Of a stretch of 64,000 nucleotides of DNA, positions 36,494 through 46,384 are shown piece by piece (within the stretch, counting starts at the first letter, position 1; every line of letters begins with the position of its first letter). The notes beneath the pieces were generated by a model. That model was not told where the DNA came from, searched no databases, and saw only the letters and a program-made list of their open reading frames with translations. The stretch comes from Candidatus Latescibacterota bacterium (GTDB lineage Bacteria; Latescibacterota; UBA2968; UBA8231). Position numbers and translations under genes: made by a program. Where the stretch lies: NCBI GenBank assembly GCA_965200315.1, contig OZ241362.1, forward strand, positions 4,288,001 through 4,352,000, given 5' to 3'.

Positions 36494-38116
36494 ATGCCTA
36501 ACCAGAGGAAGGCGGTCAAAGTTGCTGTAGCTTCGAGCACACTTGATTTGCACAGCGTTCGCAATCCAACGGAGGTTACTCTGTTTACAGAATTTCGGGC
36601 GGGTGGACGGCTTAGAACTGGTGAGTGTGCTGTCCTACAAATGTGCTATGTGACTGCCTTGCACGGGAATATTTGGAAATTTGTAGGGGTTCAATATTCC
36701 GGTGAATATCCCCACACTTATTTATGGGAGACGGAAAAGGCGATTGGAATACTACTCAGTACCTGTGCAAGAGTTAATCAGGTAAAACAAACATGGCAAA
36801 TCGCCCATGAATGTGTTCATATTCTATCACCAGTGACACGTGGAAATGCAACAGTTCTCGAAGAAGGGATGGCAACTTTATTTCAAATGAAGTATGCAGA
36901 GGATGGTTCTATATGGGTGTCAATTGACGACAACGAGGCGCACTACCTTAAGGTCATAATGGACGAAGTGTTCGGGCGGAAAAACTTCATAACTAATGTG
37001 GTTTGGCGAAAGAATTACGCGCCAAAGTCAAGCGCAAGGCATTTCTCCGAAGACCACGACCATATTCTGGTTTACGCTCGTAATGGGGATGCCTGGATCC
37101 CCAACCCCATGCCGCGTACCGATAAACAAAACAGGGCGTACAGAAATCAGGACAACGACCCGCGAGGGCCTTGGCGGCCCAATAACCTTGCTGCGCGCAA
37201 TTACTATAGCAGAGGGACTTATAGTATTCGCTGCCCCGGCGGACGTTTAATTGAAGGACCACCTGCTGGTTCATATTGGCGAATTTCGGAAGAAAAATTT
37301 GGGGAAATGGATCGCGACGGGCGTATATGGTGGGGTAAGGATGGCAATAACGTCCCTGCCCCCAAGATTTATCTGAGCGAGGTCAAGCAGGGCATAGTTC
37401 CACAGACATTATGGAACTACGAAGATGTTGGTCACACGCAGGACGCAAAAAAGGAAACTGTGAAGCTATTTGGTAGTGAAGTTTTCGGAACACCAAAACC
37501 CGAACGTCTCATTCAACGCATCCTCCACATCGCCACCAACCCCGGCGACCTCGTCCTCGACTCCTTCCTCGGCTCCGGCACCACCGCCGCCGTCGCTCAC
37601 AAGATGGGCCGCCGCTACATCGGCATTGAAATGGGCGAACACGCCGTCACCCATTGCGTCCCGCGCCTGCACAAAGTGATTGACGGCGAACAAGGCGGCA
37701 TCTCCAAAAGCGTCGGCTGGCAAGGCGGCGGTGGCTTCCGCTTCTATCGCCTCGGCCCACCCATATTCGATGAGGAAGGACATATCCGCTCGGACATTAG
37801 CTTTTCCGTGCTCGCCGCCCACGTCTATTTTAGCGAAACCGGACGTCCGTGGCGTGGCCACACCGCTTCTCCCTTCCTCGGCCTGCACGACGGCCGCGCT
37901 TATGCCCTGCTGTACAACGGCATCCTCGGCGACAAAGGCAACGTCTTGACCCGTGCAACGCTCGCTGTGATTCGGGAAGAAATTGCTCACCAGGATGCCC
38001 ATTTCTCCGGGCCGCTCACGATCTACGGTGAACAATCCCGCTTGACGCCAGCGACGCTCGACCAGCAAGGCATCGTCTTCAAACAGACGCCCTACGATAT
38101 CAAAGCACGCACCTGA
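36494..38116 (+). pseudogene. mod: Chimeric ORF: HEXXH metallopeptidase-like N-terminus fused to a 5'-truncated Type III Mod methyltransferase
   Basis: WQIAHECVH...LEEGMAT, then EDGSIWVSIDDNE, TPKPERLI, DSFLGSGTT; no DPPY motif; junction about 36896. Confidence 0.7.
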
Positions 38117-38132
38117 CGAAGGAGCCAGCCAA

Positions 38133-38270
38133 ATGACAACGGAACGAACCCCATTGGGTCGAGAAATCGGGACGGCGCTGAGAGAAGTGCTCGCCCACGT
38201 GCATGGTGAGATCGATCTTCCCTGCCGAAGCGTCATAGAGGAGACTAGCGAACCTGATCCATGCAGCTAA
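38133..38270 (+). pseudogene. Short remnant resembling the N-terminus of an HTH antitoxin
   Basis: GGAG RBS, MTTERTPLGREIGTALREVLAHVHGEIDLPCR, no HTH follows. Confidence 0.4.
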
Positions 38271-39492
38271 AACAATACCAAGCCGATACCCTCTCCGTCC
38301 TGCGCCGCTTCTTCGAGGAAGCGCGTATCGCCGGACCCAAGAACGCCTACGAAACCATACCGTCGAGGCACTCAAAGAAGGATGGGACTGCTCCTTCGCC
38401 TACATTTTCTGCTCAGTATCGCGCATCCAAAGCGCGACAGACGTCGAGCAATTACTCGGCCGCGTACTGCGGATGCCCTACGCCAAGCGGCGTCAAACTG
38501 CTGATCTCAACAGAGCCTACGCTTTCCTGTCTGAGCCGTCTTTTGGCGCGGCGGCACGTGCCTTGGCCGACAAATTGGTGGATATGGGCTTTGAGGAAGA
38601 CGAAGCCCTCGACAACATCGAGCCGGTGGAGCGCACGCTCGATTTTCAAAAAGATTTATTCGGTCCACAGGAAAAGCCGGAACCATTATTCAAATATGCG
38701 ACTCCGGCGACCCCAGAAATCCTGTCTGAACTTAGAGGGTCAGCGCACGATGGAATGCTGGTGCGCGAAACCGCTGAAGGACAGGTCGAAATCGCACTTA
38801 CCGGCTGGATTAATCAGGACCGCGAGCAGGCGATTGCGGAGGCATTGCCCGAGCAAGAGCGAAAAAGTTTTGCTACGGCCGTTACCCAATACCGCGCCGC
38901 AGTCAAGGAGCAAATATCCCCTGCCGAACAGGAGCAGCCATTCAAAAACAAGATCGCGGCCATTCGCCAGCAGGAACGGAGTGGCGTCTATCAACAGTAC
39001 CTCTTGGCACCTCAAGCCAACACAAAGGTTTCGTTCGACACGGCCTTTACATTTGTGGACACCATGTACTGGGATCAACGGCGCTATCGCGGACACTGGA
39101 AACCAAGCAAGCACTTTTTAGGCCAGGATCGCGTTCCCGCCTTTGACGGCGCAGACGACGGCGAGGAAATGCAATGCGCTCAGGTCATCGACAGTCTGAC
39201 GGCGATGAAGTACTGGATTCGCAATGTAGCGCGCCATCCCAATTCGTTTTGGCTGCCAACCGCAACAGACAAATTTTATCCAGACTTCGTCGCTTTGCTA
39301 AACGACGATCGTCTCCTCGTCGTCGAATACAAAGGCGCACATATCGCCGAAGGGACCGACACCAACGAGAAGCGGACCATTGGCGCTCTTTGGGAAAAGT
39401 CGAGCGACGGCAAGGGCCTGTTCCTCATCGCGGAGCAAAAGGTCGATGGCAAAGACGTGCGGCAGCAATTAGTAGAAAAGATCGGAACTTGA
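38261..39492 (+). pseudogene. res: Type III Res subunit, internally deleted and frameshifted
   Basis: MQLKQYQ start, then in another frame TVEALKEGWDC...EQLLGRVLRMPY and C-terminal FYPDFV...VEYKG nuclease; Walker A and DEAH region missing. Confidence 0.8.
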
Positions 39493-39616
39493 AAGATCAC
39501 CTCGGCGGACGATTGAAGTTAATCTACACCGCATCGTTACTTTTGCGGGACGTACAACTTTACTACGCTCACCTCGGCAACGCCTTTGTCGCTGCACCTC
39601 ACTTTCGGATGAGCAT

Positions 39617-40891
39617 ATGAGCTATGCTCAGCTAACGCGCTTCATGTTGCCCTTGGTGGTGACAGCGCTGGTGCAAGAGCTCAGTGGCCAGTTCCTCAAC
39701 GGCGGCATGGCGCGGATGCCGCGGGCGGTCGAAACGCTGGCCGCCTTTGGCTTGGCCTTTGGCTTGGCGCTGTTTCTCGCCGGCACCCTGTCTCAGGTGC
39801 GGCAGCTCGGCTTGGTTCTCGTCGAGCACACCCAAGGCTACCGAGTCTGCTGCCGCTTTGTGCTCGTCGCTGGGCTGCTATTGGCCGGCATCTTAGCCAG
39901 CTTGGCACTGACGCCGCTGGGGACTTGGATCATCAACGATCTGCACGGGGTTGATCCTGCGCTCGGCGACGCGGTGCGCCTCGCTCTGCTGTGGCTCGTT
40001 CCCTTTCCCGTGCTGCACGGGATGACGCGCTTTTACAGCGGCGAGCTCATCCGCGTCCGCCGCACGGACATCCCCGCCTACGCCACCACCACCGGGATCG
40101 GGCTCAGCATCCTCGCGGTCTTTGTGCTGTTACCGCTCGGCTTCGTCCGCCAGACTCCCATCTTACTGCCGGTCCTCGCCACGTACACGGGTGTCCTTGC
40201 CGAGCTTGGCGTGGTCGCGTGGGGCCGTAGGTGCTTAGTGTGCTGGCCAGAGCCGGGCAATGCGCCAACCCTAACCTATTTCTACGTCCTGCGCTTCTTT
40301 TGGCCCTTGGCGCTGATCATGGCCGTGCAGGCCGGTACTCGACCGCTGATCAACGTGTTCGTCGCCCGCAGCACCGACGGCACCGAAGCACTAGCCGTGC
40401 TGACCATCGTCTATGCGCTCGGCCACATTCCCTATGGATGGCTCAACGAACTGCGCAACCTGCCGACGGCCTTCCGCCAAGAAGAAGATTTGGCCAAGAT
40501 CCGCCGCTTCTGCTGGGGCTGTTGTCTGTTTTCCTGTGCGTGGATGGTGGCACTGTTTTGGACGCCGGCTGTCGATTACATCCTCGGCACTTGGATCGGC
40601 ATCGGTCCCGAATTGATCGCTTACTGCAAGGTGCCGCTGCTCCTGTTTACGGGCTTTCCCTTTGTCGTCAGCCTACGCAGTTACTGGCACGGCATTGGCT
40701 TACTCCAGCACCGCACCCAAGCTATGGCACCGAGTGCCCCGTCGCGCGTAGCGACCGTCTTACTGATGCTAGCCCTGCTGGCCAATTTCGAGATCCACGG
40801 CGCGACCCAAGCCGTGGGCGCCTTAATCAGCGGCCACACCGTGGAGACCTTGGTCGTCTGGTGGGGCATCGGGCGCGGGCGGCGAGGCTGA
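39617..40891 (+). CDS. MATE/ANKH-like multi-pass membrane transporter
   Basis: RFMLPL and second-half RFFWPLALIMAVQ internal duplication, many TM segments. Confidence 0.65.
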   Translation: MSYAQLTRFMLPLVVTALVQELSGQFLNGGMARMPRAVETLAAFGLAFGLALFLAGTLSQVRQLGLVLVEHTQGYRVCCRFVLVAGLLLAGILASLALTPLGTWIINDLHGVDPALGDAVRLALLWLVPFPVLHGMTRFYSGELIRVRRTDIPAYATTTGIGLSILAVFVLLPLGFVRQTPILLPVLATYTGVLAELGVVAWGRRCLVCWPEPGNAPTLTYFYVLRFFWPLALIMAVQAGTRPLINVFVARSTDGTEALAVLTIVYALGHIPYGWLNELRNLPTAFRQEEDLAKIRRFCWGCCLFSCAWMVALFWTPAVDYILGTWIGIGPELIAYCKVPLLLFTGFPFVVSLRSYWHGIGLLQHRTQAMAPSAPSRVATVLLMLALLANFEIHGATQAVGALISGHTVETLVVWWGIGRGRRG

Positions 40892-41044
40892 AGTGCAGGC
40901 CGGGGGAAGCCCAATATCGCACTTGGTCTTGGGATGGCTATCCATTATAATTCAATACACCTACCCCGGGCCACTCCACTGCTGCCGCCAAGCATAAAGT
41001 GAAGATCGGCCAACAGTTGCAGGATTATCTAAAGCAGGCCTGAT

Positions 41045-41539
41045 ATGATGCGCGATGAAGTTTGGAACCAGCTAGTGGACGCAGAACGCCTAGTCCGGTA
41101 TTATGGCGATCTGGCTCAGCATTATAATAGATGTAGTTGGATTCTTCGAGGGATTATTCTTCTGTTCTGCATGGCAGGCATAACTGCACTACTAGAAAGG
41201 ATCCCTGAGTGGGCTAATCTCATAGTATATGCCGTCTTAGCTGGGGCTATTGTTGCGGAAGCCATTATGAATTACGAGAAAAAGGCAGCACTGGTTGGGA
41301 TCATCTATATCCGATGCGATAAACTGCTGGATCAGTGGCGCGATTTGTGGAATGAGATTGATCGCGAAGAGCCTGTGGATGAGGATAGCATACAAGAGAA
41401 ATATCGTCGTCTGAGGAACGAGCTAACGGATGTGACGGGATGGGTTGCCCTATGTGGTATTTCAGAACATAAACGCATTCATAAAAAGGCAACAAAAAAG
41501 GCCTACGAAACTATTCAAGGGTACTATGCTCATGTCTAG
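41045..41539 (+). CDS. SLATT-like two-TM protein
   Basis: Two hydrophobic helices, then YEKKAA...WRDLW helical tail; AT-rich relative to flanks. Confidence 0.5.
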   Translation: MMRDEVWNQLVDAERLVRYYGDLAQHYNRCSWILRGIILLFCMAGITALLERIPEWANLIVYAVLAGAIVAEAIMNYEKKAALVGIIYIRCDKLLDQWRDLWNEIDREEPVDEDSIQEKYRRLRNELTDVTGWVALCGISEHKRIHKKATKKAYETIQGYYAHV

Positions 41540-41660
41540 AGAAGGCCAAACTAGGAATAGCCAGCCACCTCGACCGTCGAATCCGCCGCCGCCGAAGCCA
41601 CCACCGCGCAAGCCACCCCCGAGGAATTCGCCGGCTCGAAAACCTAGGCACTCGAGGTAA
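41532..41660 (+). CDS. Proline/basic-rich micro-protein (42 aa)
   Basis: MSREGQTRNSQPPRPSNPPPPKPPPRKPPPRNSPARKPRHSR; start overlaps the upstream gene end. Confidence 0.35.
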   Translation: MSREGQTRNSQPPRPSNPPPPKPPPRKPPPRNSPARKPRHSR

Positions 41661-41663
41661 AAC

Positions 41664-41701
41664 AAAAAGTGCCCTGCCTGCAAAGGGTTAGGGCACTTTT
41701 T
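41664..41701. terminator. Bidirectional terminator-like hairpin
   Basis: AAAAAGTGCCCT...AGGGCACTTTTT perfect 12-bp inverted repeat. Confidence 0.7.
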
Positions 41702-41750
41702 ACTGCTCAAAAGAGCCTTTAATTTGTTTGAAACGGAAAAAGGAGATTCC

Positions 41751-43385
41751 ATGAACGGCAACCAAGCCATTGCCCACATCCTCAAGGCCGAAGGCGTCGA
41801 GTGGCTGTCGGCTTTTCCCAACCAGCCGCTGATTGACGAGGCGGCGCGCGCAGGTATCCGCCCCATTATCTGTCGCCAAGAGCGGACGGGCGTCAACATG
41901 GCCGACGGCTTCAGCCGCACGGCTAATGGCCGCCCCTTTGGCGTCTTCACTATGCAGACCGGGCCGGGCGCTGAAAACGCGCTCGGCGGCGCAGCCCAGG
42001 CCTACGCCGATGCCATCCCCTTGCTGCTTTTGCCCGGCGGCGTGTCCACGGCCCGTACGCAAGTGCCGCCCAACTTCGACGCGGTGGACAACTATCGCGG
42101 CATCACCAAATGGGCCGCCAACATCAACCAAGTCGAGCGCATCCCCGAGCTGATGCGCCGCGCCTTTAGCCAGCTCGCCCACGGTCGCCCCGGGCCGGTG
42201 CTGGTGGAAATTCCCAGTGATTTAGGTACTGCCGAGTTCTCAGGCGACCTAGACTACCAACCGGTCAAAGCCTACAAGTCGGGGGCTGACCCAGACGCGG
42301 TGAGCGACTTGGTCGCCGCGCTGGTCAAGGCTGAATGTCCGGTCATTAACGCTGGACACGGCGTGTTATGGGCCGAAGCCACCGACCAACTCGTGGCCCT
42401 CGCCGAGCTGCTCAATGTGCCCGTTATGACCACCTTAGCCGGCAAGAGCGCGTTTCCAGAAAACCATGCGCTCGCGCTGGGCACCGGCGGCCACACTGGC
42501 ACGCTGATGGTTGATCGCTTCTTGCAAAAGACCGACTTCGTCTTGGGCGTAGGCACCAGCTTTACCATCTCAGTATTCAATGCGCCCATGCCCGCCCGCG
42601 CCGTCTTGGCGCAAGTGACCAACTGCGCCGAGGATCTCAACAAGGACTACCGGATCGACTTCGGGGCCGTTGGCGATGCGCGGATTGTGTTGGAGCAGAT
42701 CATCGAGGAAGCCCGTCGGCAGCTCGGGGCTGACGGGCGAGGAGACGGCGGAGTTGCGGCCGAGATCGCAGCCATCCGCGCCGAGTTCAACGCCACATGG
42801 GCGCCGCGATTCCGCTCGGACGAGGTGCCGATAAACCCCTACCGGGCCTTTGCCGAACTCGCCCGCGCCGTGGATGTGCCCAACACCATCGTTACTCACG
42901 ACTCGGGCTATCCCCGCGATCAGCTCGTGCCGTTCTGGCGGCCCCAAAAACCCAGAGGGTACATGGGCTGGGGCAAATCGACCCAGCTCGGCTACGGCTT
43001 GGGTTTGGCCTTGGGGGCCAAGTTAGCCGCGCCGGACAAGCAGGTCATCAACATCATGGGCGACGCGGCTTTTGGCATGGCGGGCCTCGACATTGAGACC
43101 GCAGTGCGCGCAGAGATTCCCATTCTCACAGTGGTGCTCAACAACGGCGTGATGACGCACTACGACCACTACATGCCCTACGCCACCGAGCACTATCAGA
43201 GCCACCAACTCGGCGGCCACTACGCGCAGGTGGCCGAGGCGCTTGGTGCCCACGCCGAGCGCGTTGAAGCGATCGCGGACTTGGCACCGGCCATCCAACG
43301 CGCCCTTGCGGCCAATGGCGAGGGCCGAGCCGCTCTGTTGGAGGTGATGACCAAGGCGGAAGAAAACGTGCCCAAATTTTGGTAA
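41751..43385 (+). CDS. Thiamine pyrophosphate-requiring enzyme (acetolactate synthase-like)
   Basis: RQERTGVNMADGF, GPGAEN, GRPGPVLVEIP, MGDAAFGM...LNN TPP motif; AAGGAG RBS. Confidence 0.9.
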   Translation: MNGNQAIAHILKAEGVEWLSAFPNQPLIDEAARAGIRPIICRQERTGVNMADGFSRTANGRPFGVFTMQTGPGAENALGGAAQAYADAIPLLLLPGGVSTARTQVPPNFDAVDNYRGITKWAANINQVERIPELMRRAFSQLAHGRPGPVLVEIPSDLGTAEFSGDLDYQPVKAYKSGADPDAVSDLVAALVKAECPVINAGHGVLWAEATDQLVALAELLNVPVMTTLAGKSAFPENHALALGTGGHTGTLMVDRFLQKTDFVLGVGTSFTISVFNAPMPARAVLAQVTNCAEDLNKDYRIDFGAVGDARIVLEQIIEEARRQLGADGRGDGGVAAEIAAIRAEFNATWAPRFRSDEVPINPYRAFAELARAVDVPNTIVTHDSGYPRDQLVPFWRPQKPRGYMGWGKSTQLGYGLGLALGAKLAAPDKQVINIMGDAAFGMAGLDIETAVRAEIPILTVVLNNGVMTHYDHYMPYATEHYQSHQLGGHYAQVAEALGAHAERVEAIADLAPAIQRALAANGEGRAALLEVMTKAEENVPKFW

Positions 43386-43392
43386 GGATATT

Positions 43393-46335
43393 ATGATTTT
43401 TTTTGCTGGCATTCTCTTCTTTCTTTCCGGTGCTGCCGCTCTGGCGTACGAGGTGGTGTGGGTGAAACTTCTCACCCTCCAGTTCGGCAGCGCGGCGTGG
43501 TCAATTTCGACGGTGGTGGCCAGTTTCATGGCGGGTCTGGGAGCGGGGGGTGCTTGGGCCGGCCGTCGCGCCGACCGCATCCGCAGGCCCCTGAGAGCCT
43601 ATGCCCTCCTAGAGCTGGGCATCGCTTTCTTTGGCCTAGTCTCGGTGCCCCTCCTACGGAACATGGCCGGCGTCCTCGATCCCCTGTACCACCTCACCGA
43701 CGGGTACTTCGCCCTCTTCGTGCTACTGCAGTTTCTCCTCTCCGTCGCCATGCTGGCGGTGCCGACCTTCCTCATGGGTGCCTCCCTACCTCTGCTCATC
43801 GTGGCGGTTACAGAGGAAGCGGCCTTCCGCCGGAGCGTGGCCCTCTTCTACGGAATCAACACCCTTGGGGCGGCGGCCGGCACCCTCGTAGCAGGGCTCG
43901 TCCTGCTGCCCGTTCTCGGGATCTCCGACACGGTGTGGGTCGCCGTGGCCGCAGGCGTCTTGGTTGCTGCCGGGGGTTACCTCCTCGATCTCCGCATGGC
44001 CCCCCGGGACGCGACCGAGGAGCATCCAGCACCGACCGGCGGCACCCAGACCCCCCGGCTGCTGCTGGCTGCGGTGGCCATGGCCGGATGCTTGGGGCTC
44101 TTCTATCAGATCGCTTGGACGCGCCTACTCATCCCGGTGGTGGGATCCTCGGTCTACGCCTTCACCATCATCCTCACGACGGTCCTCCTCGGCATCGGCA
44201 TCGGCTCCCTGCTGGCCGCCGTCCCCTCCTTCCGGGAGAGCTCCTGCTGGCGGGCAGTGGCCGTCACGCTGGGGCTGGGCTCGTGCTCGGTCCTCGCAGG
44301 GCTGTTCGCCGTGAACGAGCTGCCGGCGATGTTCACGGCCATGGCCGAGGGCACGGGCGACCGCACTTGGCTTCTCTTCCTCTCCCAGGGCACTCTGGCG
44401 GCTTCCATCGTCCTCGTTCCCGCCTGCGCCATGGGGGCCGCCCTGCCCTTGGGCATCGCCGCGTGGCGGAACGAGGTGGGATCGAGAGGTTGGGCGGTTG
44501 GAGGCATGTACGCCGCCAACACCATAGGAGCCATTGTCGGCTCTGTATTGGCGGGCTTTGCGTTACTACCGTGGCTTGGAGCGACGGGGTTAATCCGCCT
44601 CGGTGCCACCCTCGGCATGGTGGTCACTGTCGTCCTTTTTCTATTGGACCGCACCAGCCCGCAACGACAGCGGCTCGGCTGGGCGGGCCTCTTCGCCGCA
44701 ATGCTTGCAGCATTCGCCTTCACGCTGCCCCAGACCGATATAAAAAACCTTCAGCGGGGCGTTTTCCGCAGGCTCCAAGCCAGCGAGGAGCGCTCGCCGA
44801 TAGGAAGTTTCCTGCTCTACGCACGGGAGGGGACCAACGCCACAGTTACCGTGTTTCGCACGCCCAACTCTACCGTGCTCAAGGTCAACGGCAAGGCGGA
44901 TGCCTCGACCGGTGGGGATATGGACTCGCAGTATCTGCTCGGACACCTGCCGATGTTCCTCCATCCAAGGCCGAAGGAGATTTGCATCATTGGCTACGGC
45001 AGTGGTGCCACGGTGTACGCAACAGCAACGCACCCGAATGTGACGGCCGTCGACGTGGTCGAAATTGAACAGGCGGTACTCGATGTTTCCGAGTACTTCA
45101 ACTCGGTCAACCACGGCATTCTTAAGGATTCGCGCGTGAGACTGCACACGGAAGATGGGCGCAATTTCCTCCGCCACCAGAAGAAGACGTACGACGTCAT
45201 CCTCTCCCAACCTTCCAACCCCTGGATAGCGGGTATCAGTTCCCTATTTACGACAGAGTACTACCGGGCCGCGTCGGCGCGGCTCAAGCCGGGTGGTCTT
45301 TTTTGCCAGTGGATGCAGGCCTATGAGACCTCTGCGGAGACGGTGCGCGTTGTGCTCCACACCCTAACATCGGAGTTTCCCTACGTGGCGGTGTTCAAAG
45401 TCTCCGATGACCTCATCTGCGTTGCCTCCCACTCCCCCATTGCAGGCTCTGCACGGCGTTACTCGGAGTACTTCTCGTTGCCGGGGGTGCGCAACTCACT
45501 CCGGCGAATCCAGATCGAGACCCCGTTCGACCTTTTCGCAAGTGCCTTCTTGCGATTTCCAGAAAACGCAGACGCGTTCAGGTCGCCGATCAGGAACACG
45601 GACGACAACCTCTGGCTGGAGTATCGAGCACCCATCGAGATGTACCAAGGGATGGAAGAGAACGTCGCGTCTATATTAAGCACCGATTACCTGCGCATGC
45701 TCCAACATCTTTTTCCCGAGCTAGCTCTCCGGGACATCGTCCTTGGGGTCGCCCAAAGCATCGCAACTAAACACTCTAATTTGTGGTATGTCATCCCCGC
45801 CTGGCAGGAGATGTTTGCAGAGGATGAGCCGTTGGCCTTGCGACTTGCGGAACTGGCCGCGCTGGCCGATTCGAGAAAGCGTGCGCTCGACGGCAACGAA
45901 GCACGGGAGAAAGCGGCGTTGCGCCTGATTCAAGAGCAGCGGTATGCCGAGGCGATTCCCATATTTGAGTCCGTACTTGCCGCCGAGCCTGAAAGCGTTT
46001 CCGCCCATCGCATGCTCGCTTGGGCCTTGTCGCATACCGGCGACAACAAAAGGGCGTGGCGGCACTACCTAAAGGCCATCCAGTACAATCCCGACGATTT
46101 TGAGTCGTACACTAATATGGCGGCCATTGCTCTTTCAAACGGCCTTTCCGAGGGAACCAAACTGTTGGACCGCGCACTTGCAGCCAATCCACATCACTTT
46201 ACCGCTTGGCGCGTCTATGTTGAGTACCTCGTGGATCAAAAGCAATACGATCAGGCTCGAGAACTCCTCAAAAAGACCGGGGAATCAATGGAAGGGGAAA
46301 AACTGAAAGCTCTCAAAAGCATGATCCCCGGATGA
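43393..46335 (+). CDS. Fused MFS-like/spermidine synthase-like protein with C-terminal TPRs
   Basis: FLSGAAALAYEVVW, YAANTIGA, IIGYGSG, VVEIE, EDGRNFL, SQPSNPW; TPR-like tail. Confidence 0.85.
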   Translation: MIFFAGILFFLSGAAALAYEVVWVKLLTLQFGSAAWSISTVVASFMAGLGAGGAWAGRRADRIRRPLRAYALLELGIAFFGLVSVPLLRNMAGVLDPLYHLTDGYFALFVLLQFLLSVAMLAVPTFLMGASLPLLIVAVTEEAAFRRSVALFYGINTLGAAAGTLVAGLVLLPVLGISDTVWVAVAAGVLVAAGGYLLDLRMAPRDATEEHPAPTGGTQTPRLLLAAVAMAGCLGLFYQIAWTRLLIPVVGSSVYAFTIILTTVLLGIGIGSLLAAVPSFRESSCWRAVAVTLGLGSCSVLAGLFAVNELPAMFTAMAEGTGDRTWLLFLSQGTLAASIVLVPACAMGAALPLGIAAWRNEVGSRGWAVGGMYAANTIGAIVGSVLAGFALLPWLGATGLIRLGATLGMVVTVVLFLLDRTSPQRQRLGWAGLFAAMLAAFAFTLPQTDIKNLQRGVFRRLQASEERSPIGSFLLYAREGTNATVTVFRTPNSTVLKVNGKADASTGGDMDSQYLLGHLPMFLHPRPKEICIIGYGSGATVYATATHPNVTAVDVVEIEQAVLDVSEYFNSVNHGILKDSRVRLHTEDGRNFLRHQKKTYDVILSQPSNPWIAGISSLFTTEYYRAASARLKPGGLFCQWMQAYETSAETVRVVLHTLTSEFPYVAVFKVSDDLICVASHSPIAGSARRYSEYFSLPGVRNSLRRIQIETPFDLFASAFLRFPENADAFRSPIRNTDDNLWLEYRAPIEMYQGMEENVASILSTDYLRMLQHLFPELALRDIVLGVAQSIATKHSNLWYVIPAWQEMFAEDEPLALRLAELAALADSRKRALDGNEAREKAALRLIQEQRYAEAIPIFESVLAAEPESVSAHRMLAWALSHTGDNKRAWRHYLKAIQYNPDDFESYTNMAAIALSNGLSEGTKLLDRALAANPHHFTAWRVYVEYLVDQKQYDQARELLKKTGESMEGEKLKALKSMIPG

Positions 46336-46384
46336 TGCTTTCTTGCGAGGTTATCCCGACAAACCCTTACATCAGGAGCAACGC

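Noticed and set aside
41570-41640. CCG/CCA-rich stretch as a tandem DNA repeat or array
   Set aside because: Irregular units; explained by proline codons of the micro-ORF
43458-45068. 536-aa alternative-frame ORF, and similar long shadow ORFs such as 51526-52776 and 1600-2328
   Set aside because: They overlap well-supported genes, are Arg/Pro/Gly-rich and motif-free, as expected by chance in GC-rich DNA
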